A stretch of DNA of 64,000 nt from Eledone cirrhosa (Eukaryota). This document shows, in pieces, positions 55,613 through 64,000 of this stretch. The notes beneath the pieces are model-generated. The model was given only the letters and a program-made list of their open reading frames with translations. It was not told the DNA's origin and did not search any database. Both the position numbers and the translations under genes were made by a program. Every line of letters starts with the position of its first letter. Within the stretch, counting starts at the first letter, position 1. Location: positions 392,212,001 through 392,276,000 of the forward strand of contig OZ024740.1 of assembly GCA_964016885.1 (NCBI GenBank), read 5' to 3'.

Positions 55613-55738
55613 TAAAAAAAAACCAGTCACACACTGGGGTTGATTTAATCAACTTTCCGTTTCCCCTAAAATTGCTGGTCTTGTGCCTAAATCAGAAACC
55701 ATTATAATTATTATGATTTATCTATTCATTTATCTAAT

Positions 55739-56428
55739 ATCATCATCATCATCATCATCGTTTAACGTCTATCTTCCACGCCTGCATGGGTTTGGACGGG
55801 AGTTTTCCCACTTGAGGCAAGATTTGTTGTCCTGCTCGTATAGGACTGTCTGGTGGGTTTTCTACGACTGGGTGCCCTTCCTAACACCAACCATGTATAC
55901 AGTGTGGACTGGGAGGTTTTTACCGTGTTACCTACACGGCCACATTACAGCGTGGACTGTGTGTGTTTCTTTTGTCGTGACACCTACACGACCTCATTTG
56001 TTTCGAACTGGATGTTGTAGTACCAACATAATTTCACATTTAAGGGGGTGGATGGGATGGGGTGGGGTTAGTGGGACGGGGGTGTATTTTGTTAGAGGTG
56101 CCTACTGACTGTAGGTTTCGCTTTGTACTTAGGCAAAGCGGTATTTTGTATTACTGTGTAGCGCCAAAGATCTCGGTCCAGTGACATTGTCTTGGAGAGG
56201 TGTAAGTGTGTGAGGTCGGAATTTATCAAGTCGTCCCAGGTTTTTCTGGGTCTGCCTATTCCGTGGCTACCGTCTATTTTTATTGCCCTGCACTTTTTTA
56301 TACAGCTGTCGTGTTTCATGCGCATCACGTGACCATACCAACATAGTCTTCTCTCAAGTAAACAACATCTGATCCCTCTTATTCCTAATTTCTCACTTAG
56401 TTCATTTATGCTTTGCCGTTCACGTATA
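55739..56428 (-). mobile_element. RTE family B 3' fragment
   Basis: IRERQSINEL..WYGHVMRM..GRPRKTWDD plus UTR. Confidence 0.88.
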
Positions 56429-57454
56429 TAATCTGTACATTTTATGTTTATATCATGGATTAGTTGAAGGCACAAGTCATTGGTATCACCATCTACCCAC
56501 AATCTTGAACTTTAACGCTGTATGATAATACCAATAATCATTATGAATGGACAGTGACTTATGCCTATATATATAAAGATGCAGCAGGGATTTTTGCCCA
56601 CCTTTTATTATTCAGAAGTCTGATGAGTTAATAATTCCAGAGTCAGGCTTGATTGTGACCTGAGCTAATCGATGACAAAACGCATGTCACAGGTGAATAA
56701 AATATGTGCAGGATGCTAAATTGATACTTCATTCCCACTTACTTATTATTATTTTTATTAATGTCTGTTGGTTACAGATACTGAAGCTGGCGACCACACA
56801 AGGACGAGTCATACTTCAATTAGTAGCCTATCCACGTAATAGCATTGAGTGCTTAAACCTGGTGAACCATCAGTAACTAGAAACACATTCATACAGAGTT
56901 AGAAACACATTCATACAGAGTAAATGTTTCCATCTACTAATTTCACTGCCGAAGTGGGATAGAACATGGAACCAAATGGTTGGGAAGCAAACTTCTTAAC
57001 TACACAGCCATGTATATATAAATCACAGGAAACCCACAGCCCACTGGCTGAAGCTAGTAAGAGGGTGAGACTATATGTTTATTAGCTGTTTTCTTTCTAT
57101 TTGGGACATCACACTAAACACTAATATTGCTACAAGAAGGCTCAATTCTATCTTTCATTTTCTCTTTTTCCTTAAGTAAGAAATTATTGGTTCATTTTTT
57201 TAAAATTTATTTTTATTTTTTACTTTGATTCTAACCTGCACTCCATCACTACTCTCTCCATAGGTAAGTTTGGGGAAAAGAATAAAAGGAAAAAAAAGTG
57301 TAAAATAGGACCACCCATCTAACCCATGCAAGCATAGAAAATAGATGTTAAACAGTGATGAGATGTGTGTGAGTATATATATATATATGTGTGTGTGTTT
57401 TTTATGTATGTGTATATATATATATAGCAAACTTTAACACACACACACACACAC

Positions 57455-57515
<61 letters not shown>

Positions 57516-57528
57516 TATTTATTATTGC

Positions 57529-58936
57529 CCTTCAGGCTATAACAGAGGAGTTCAAGACAGGCTGCCCATGGGAACTCCTATACGCAGACGACCTGACACT
57601 CATAGCGGAATCAATGGCCGAGCTAGAGAAGAAATTCCAAACATGGAAGCACGGCCTAGAGTCAAAAGGACTTAAAATTAACCTGGCTAAGACCAAAGTA
57701 CTAGTTTGTAGGAAAGAAAACAAGGCGGCGGTCCCTTCTGGGAAATGGTCGTGCTCGGTGTGTAGGAAAGGCGTAGGTAGAAACTCCATTTTATGTCCTA
57801 AATGCAAAGTATGGGTGCATAAAAGATGTAGTGGGATCACAGGTAAGCTAACTAAGAACATAGATTTTACATGTGGCCGGTGCTCTGGTGCAATAAGTAG
57901 CAGCAAGTGCCCACAAACTACTAGCTCTTTCAATTGCGCAGAGGGTTCTATAGAAATAGTGGACAGCTTCCGTTACCTGGGCGATAAAATCAGCAGTGGG
58001 GGAGGGTGCTCTGAAAGTACTGTAGCTAGAGTCAGAACTGGTTGGAAAAAGTTCAGAGAGCTTATACCACTATTAGCTGCTAAAGGGTTCTCACTAAAAA
58101 TGAAAGGCAGGTTGTACGATGCCTGCATACGAACAGCAATGCTGCATGGCAGTGAGACCTGGGCATTGTGTGCAGAGGATATACGCAGACTAGAGAGGAA
58201 CGAAGCTTGCATGCTCCGCTGGATGTGTAACAGTAATATACGTGAACGGCAAAGCATAAACGAACTAAGGAAAAAATTAGAGATAAGAGGGATCAGATGT
58301 TGTTTACTCGAGAGAAGGCTACGTTGGTATGGACACGTGATGCGCATGAAAGTCTATAGCTGTATAACAAAGTGCAGGGCAATAAAGATAGACGGTAGTC
58401 ACGGAATAGGCAGACCTAGAAAAACCTGGGACGAGCTGATAAACTCCGACATCACACACTTACACCTCTCCAAGACAATGTCACTGGACCGAGACCTTTG
58501 GCGGTACTCAGTAACAGAGAAGACCCGCCTTACCTAAATATATAGTAAAACCTACTCCAGCCAGTAGGCATCTCTAACAAAATACACCCCGTCCCACCAC
58601 CACCACCCCCACCCGATCCACACCACTCCGTTCTATGTAAAGTTATGTTGGTGCCGCGCCATCGAGGCCGAAACAAATGAGATCGTGTAGGTGTCACGAC
58701 AAAAAAACACACAGTCCACGCTGTAATGTGGCCGTGTAGGCAACACGGTAAAAACCTCCCAGACCCACACTGTAAATGTGGTTGGTGTTAGGAAGGGCAT
58801 CCAACTGTAGAAAACCTGCCAGACAGTCCTATGCGAGCAAGACAATCACTCTTGCCTCAAGTGGGACTACCCCCGTCCAAACCCATGCAAGCGTGGAACA
58901 CGGACGTTAAACGTTGATGATGATGATGATGATGAT
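57529..58936 (+). mobile_element. 5'-truncated RTE LINE family B with open RT C-terminal frame (to stop at 58537) and 3' UTR
   Basis: AITEEFKTGCPWELLYADDL...NLAKTKVL...C/H finger...VDSFRYLG...GSETW...WYGHVMRM...GRPRKTW; (GAT)n tail. Confidence 0.93.
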
Positions 58937-59228
58937 AATATATATATATATAAGTACATCATTGCATGTAAATTACTGACACTTCTTGTAAAAGTACATA
59001 TTCTTGTGATAGATTCAATTAATGTAAGCTAGGTTGGAGGAATAATGTATTGTTCATGTTTTGTTGTTTGCTTTTTATTTTGCTTTATAATTTTGTATTT
59101 ATATATTTAAAAGATGTTTAACAAGAAACTGAAAGAAAAACATTCTTAAGGTCGACACATAACCACATACATAGATACAAGCAAGTTACAATGCCATATT
59201 GTACGTTCAAGCATGTATGTGGATACAT

Positions 59229-59259
<31 letters not shown>

Positions 59260-59879
59260 ATATATAGTATGTGTGTTCATATATATGTATGTATGTACAT
59301 ATATTATAGTATGTGTGCGCGTAGATATATATATATGTATGTACATATATATATAGTATGTAAGCGTGTAAACGTGGTTGGTGTTAGGAAGGGCATCCAG
59401 CCGTAGAAAACCTGCCAGATAGTCCTATACGAGCGGGTCACGGTCACCCAACCAATCTTGCCTCAAGTGGGACAACTCCCGTCTAGCCCATGCTAGCGTG
59501 GAAGATAGACGTTAAACAATGATGATGATATATATATATATAATTTCATTCATCATTTCATTTTACGTCCGCTTTTTCCCTGCTTGCAAGGGTGGGACGG
59601 GAACTGATTCTGGCTTGATTTCTACAGCTGGATGCCCTTCCTAACACCAACCTCATTTACAGTGAGTGCTGGGTGCTTTTTTGCCGTGGCACCTCCACGA
59701 CCACTTTACAGTGGAATGATAGGGACCCCATCTCATTTCTACAGATGAGTAAACTGGAGCAATTTGAAATAAAGTGTCTTGCTCAAGGAAACAACACATC
59801 ACCCGGTCTGAGAATTGAACTCACAACATTTCGATTGCAAGGCCAATGCTCTAACCACTAAGCCATGTGTCTCCATAAT

Positions 59880-60101
<222 letters not shown>

Positions 60102-60492
60102 GTCTAAGTCTAAAATCTGTCTTAAGCCAGAAGGCTCATTTGGTCGGTGCTTATCCCGCGGTTTCATGGCGTGAAGTGACTGAGAGTACAAGACTCCCCC
60201 TTGGACAGGGCGCCAGTCCATTGCAGGGTTAAACCTCCAGCTATTGCTGGTACTCATTTTCAGCTGAGTTTACTGGAGCAACGTAAAATGAAGTGTTTTG
60301 CTCAAGAACACAACACACAACCCAGGAATCGAGCCCACGACACTACGATCGCAAGTCCAACACCCTTACCACTAGGCCACGTGCCTCCACTATATATATA
60401 TATATATAGTATGTAAGTGTGTGTGTGTCTGTGTGTGTATATATATATACCTGAGCAGTGTACACAATATTTCATTATTATATATATATATT

Positions 60493-61400
60493 TGGAATCA
60501 TAAGGTCTGAGAATAAACATAGCCAAAACTAAGGTACCACTGAGTAGAAAAGAAGATAGGACCCTGGTTTCTTCAGCGTAGTGGCCCTGCTCAATATGTA
60601 CAAAAGGAGTAGGCATAAACATCATATGATGTTCACAATGTAAATCTTGGGTACAGAAGAGATGTGGTGGGATAATGGGTAGACTAACAGGAAAGGAAGA
60701 CTTTGTATGTAGAAGATGCACAGTTGTAATCAAAGAGAAGAGTGATATAAACCTCTTCAAGTCACAGGAACGGTCCATAGAAGTGGTTGATAGTTTCTAC
60801 TATCTAGGTGACTTAATTAGTAGCAGAGGAAGGTGCTCTGAGAGCATAAAAGCTAGAATATGAATAGAATGGAAAAAGTTTAGAGACCTTCTTCCACTGA
60901 CGACAACAAAAGGTTTCTCCCTATGTACAAAAGGACGAGCGTATGATGCCTGTGTGCAAAGTGCAATGCTGCATAGTAGTGATACATGGGCTGTGACTGC
61001 AGAAGACATGCGTAGACTGGAGAGAAATGAAGCAACCATGCTTTGTTGAATTTGCAATGTGAATGGGAGTGAAAGATAGAGCTTGGATGAGCTGATGGAG
61101 GAGCTAGGTTTAAGAGGAATTTGAAATTGGGTGTGGGAGTGAAGACTGCATTAGTACAGATATGTGATGCACATGGGTGATGATCGCTGGGTGAAGAAGT
61201 ACAGGAAATCCCAGTGGAAGGAAGTCATGGTAGAGGTAAAGCAAGAAGACCTGGGCAGAGTTTGTGAGAGCTGACCTCAAATCATTGAGACTCACAAAGG
61301 TGAATACAAAGGATTGCAAAGTGTGGAGAGATGCTGTGCTGAGAAGGAGCCATCCAACCCATGCAAGCATGAAAAAACAAACCTAAAAATGATGATAATG
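60493..61400 (+). mobile_element. Older degenerate RTE LINE 3' fragment
   Basis: GLRINIAKTKV, EVVDSFYYLGDLIS, YDACVQSAMLH with many stops. Confidence 0.82.
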
Positions 61401-61453
61401 ATATATATAAGGTGTAATAGTTTGTTTGAAGCATTCTGGAATGTGAATATATA

Positions 61454-61540
<87 letters not shown>

Positions 61541-61630
61541 AAGTCCTGGGAACAATCGGGGGTAACCACAGTAAGTAAAGTACTCAATACATTACTAGCG
61601 TGTAAACATCAAATTTAATATAAAAATGGC

Positions 61631-61675
61631 TTCTACAGGACTAGAACTGTTTCATTTGCAGGAAATCATCAGGAA
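61631..61675 (-). ncRNA. Type I hammerhead motif, family E (related partial/degenerate copies at 51838-51875 and 52034-52140)
   Basis: Minus strand TTC-CTGATGA-TTTCCTGCAAAT-GAAA-CAG TTCTAGTC CTG-TA-GAA; GUA triplet; weak stem II. Confidence 0.6.
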
Positions 61676-62147
61676 AGACTTCTGTGTGTGTATGTATACA
61701 TGTATATATATACACACATACATTACACATATATATGTAAGTGTATATGTATGTATATATGTGTGTGCATATATATATATATATATAGCATGTAGTTTGC
61801 TTGTATGTATGTGTGTATATCATCATCATCATTGTCATTTTAACATCCGCTTTCCCTGCTAGCAAGATATATATATATATATATATAGGAACAAGTATGA
61901 CCCCGACGGCAGAGCTCAAGCCGTTTCGACGGCTATTTCTGGACTATAGTCCAGAAATAGCCGCTCTACTACCCTAAGTATTGAGTACTTTGGTGTGTTA
62001 TGGTCCATGTGGTTCCTTACCACAATTCCTTCATTATATATATATATTCTTTTGTTTTGTCTCTCAAACTTATATTCTTCATCTTGCACATCTGTTTTAA
62101 AACAGAAAAAGAAACAACCTTTCTGTCTGCCTTTCTATTTCTGTCTT

Positions 62148-62209
<62 letters not shown>

Positions 62210-62399
62210 TTTGTTTTCCTTTCTTTTTCCCTTTGTTTTCACCCCTCCTCTCTTTGTTGATTATAACTCTGTTTCTGCCCTTGATGCCTTCCAGACTAAA
62301 TTGGTTAAAAATACACAGTAAAAAACTAAAACAAAAAATGACTTGTAGTTTCCGCTGTATGTTTTCTGTTTTCCATTGGAGCAATTATCTAAGGGGATC

Positions 62400-64000
62400 A
62401 GTTGCAGTGGTGTGGGTAGCAAGGGTTGTGGTGGTTGGGAGGAAGATGGGGGCGGGAGGGTGGTGAAGGTGGTTGTGGTTGTGGTGAGAATATGGCAGAG
62501 GTGGAGGCAAGCGTAGTGGTGGTTGCAACAATGTTATTGTTGATGTAGATGGTGGTGGTGGAGGTGGCGGTGGTGGTAGTAGTGGATGTAGCAGAGATAG
62601 TGGCTGTACCAGTGTTGTTCTTGCTGTTGTTGTTGTTCTTGCTGCTGTTGTTGTTGTTGTCGTTGGTGTTGGTGGTGGTGGTGGTGGTAAATTGAATTGT
62701 GTGGATGTAAAGTAACAAACAACATAATTAACAGAGGCAAAATGAAAAGAAAACAGAGCATCGAATTTGGTGACACTACCGTCACTGCCACAAAAACACT
62801 GACATTACCAGAACATCATCAACATATCGTCATAAACACCAATAACCTTATCACCACCATCTCCAATATTACCCTTCCAATGCCACCAACACCAATGTCA
62901 TCATCACTCCTGCCACCACTACCTTTATCCACCGCCACCGCCATCACATTTACCATCAACTAACATCACCAGCGCCACCACCATCATCAACATTACCAAT
63001 CAGCCAAACAACATCAGCATCATTATCCTCATCATTAACGTTACCATCACTATCACCAACATCATTATCCTCATCATCATTGCCATCATCATCACCAACA
63101 TTACCATCACCCATAACCAACCAGCTGGCTTTATCATTGGATTGGCAGAATCGGTGGAGCGTCAGACAACCTGATTAGTGGCATAGAGTTATGGCCCTTT
63201 ACATTCTGAGTTCAAATACCGCCAAGGTTAGCTTTGCCTTTCATCCTTACAGGGTCGATAAAATAAAGTAGCAGTAATACACTGGGGTCGATTTAATCGA
63301 CTTTCCCCTCCCCAAAATTGTTGGCCTTGTGCCTAAATCAGAAACTATTGCCATCATCATCACCAACATTACCATCACCATTACCAACCAGCTAGCATTA
63401 TCATCATCATCCCCCTCACCAACATTATCACCATCATCATCATCATCATTACCAATCAGCATCTTTATTACTTACATCACCATCATCTTCACCAACCAGT
63501 AGCATCAATGTCACCACCTACATCACAGCCACCAGCGCCACCACAGACACTACCACCACCACCACCACAAACACTACCACCATCATCACAGACACCACCA
63601 CCACCACCACCACCACAAACACTACCACCATCATCACAGACACCACCACCACCACCACCACCACCACCACCACCACCACCACAAACACTACCACCATCAT
63701 CACAGACACCACCACCACCACCACGACCATCATCACAGACACCACCATCATCACAGACACTACCACCACCACCACAGACACTGCCACCACCACCATCACC
63801 ATCATCACAAACACTGCCACCACCACCACCACCATCATCACATACTCTGCCACCACCACCACCATCATCACAGACACTGCCACCACTACCACCACCATCA
63901 TCACAGACACTGCCACCACCACTACCATCACAGACACTGCCACCACCACCACCACCATCATCACAGACACTGCCACCACCATCATCACAGACACTGCCAC
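62400..64000. repeat. GGT/CAC/CAT-rich low-complexity region ending in a CACCAC..CATCACAGACACTGC minisatellite; SINE at ~63140-63345
   Basis: Read directly. Confidence 0.85.

Noticed and set aside
53060-55707. 850-aa Leu-rich and 869-aa Val-rich + strand ORFs
   Set aside because: Alternative frames of the 42-bp minisatellite.
63518-64000. Val/Met-rich ORF
   Set aside because: Reverse translation of a CAC/CAT minisatellite.

Overview
AT-rich, repeat-dense eukaryotic DNA. The repeat landscape ((TA)n/(TATG)n seas, RTE LINEs with (ATG)n tails, tRNA-derived SINEs) suggests a cephalopod such as an octopus; this is an inference. The only host gene I can support is two + strand coding exons of PGS1 (mitochondrial phosphatidylglycerophosphate synthase; 21549-21626 and 24602-24888). 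Its next exon is not visible in the remaining ~39 kb. The rest is mobile DNA: a full-length decayed mariner, a decayed Tc1/mariner relic, two non-autonomous Helitrons with internal tandem arrays, TTAA MITEs, RTE LINE fragments with a PHD-like finger inside the RT, SINEs, and minisatellites. The most striking signal is non-coding: about 14 type I hammerhead ribozyme motifs with a complete core (CUGANGA...GAAA...UH) plus several degenerate or half copies, from several distinct small ORF-less element families. They include an apparently identical 4 x 310-bp hammerhead tandem array with an inverted partial copy and a 36-nt tail (40221-41716), i.e. a retrozyme/Penelope-pLTR-type element. Most long ORFs in the supplied track are microsatellite artefacts. 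All structures were read by eye; nothing was run computationally.
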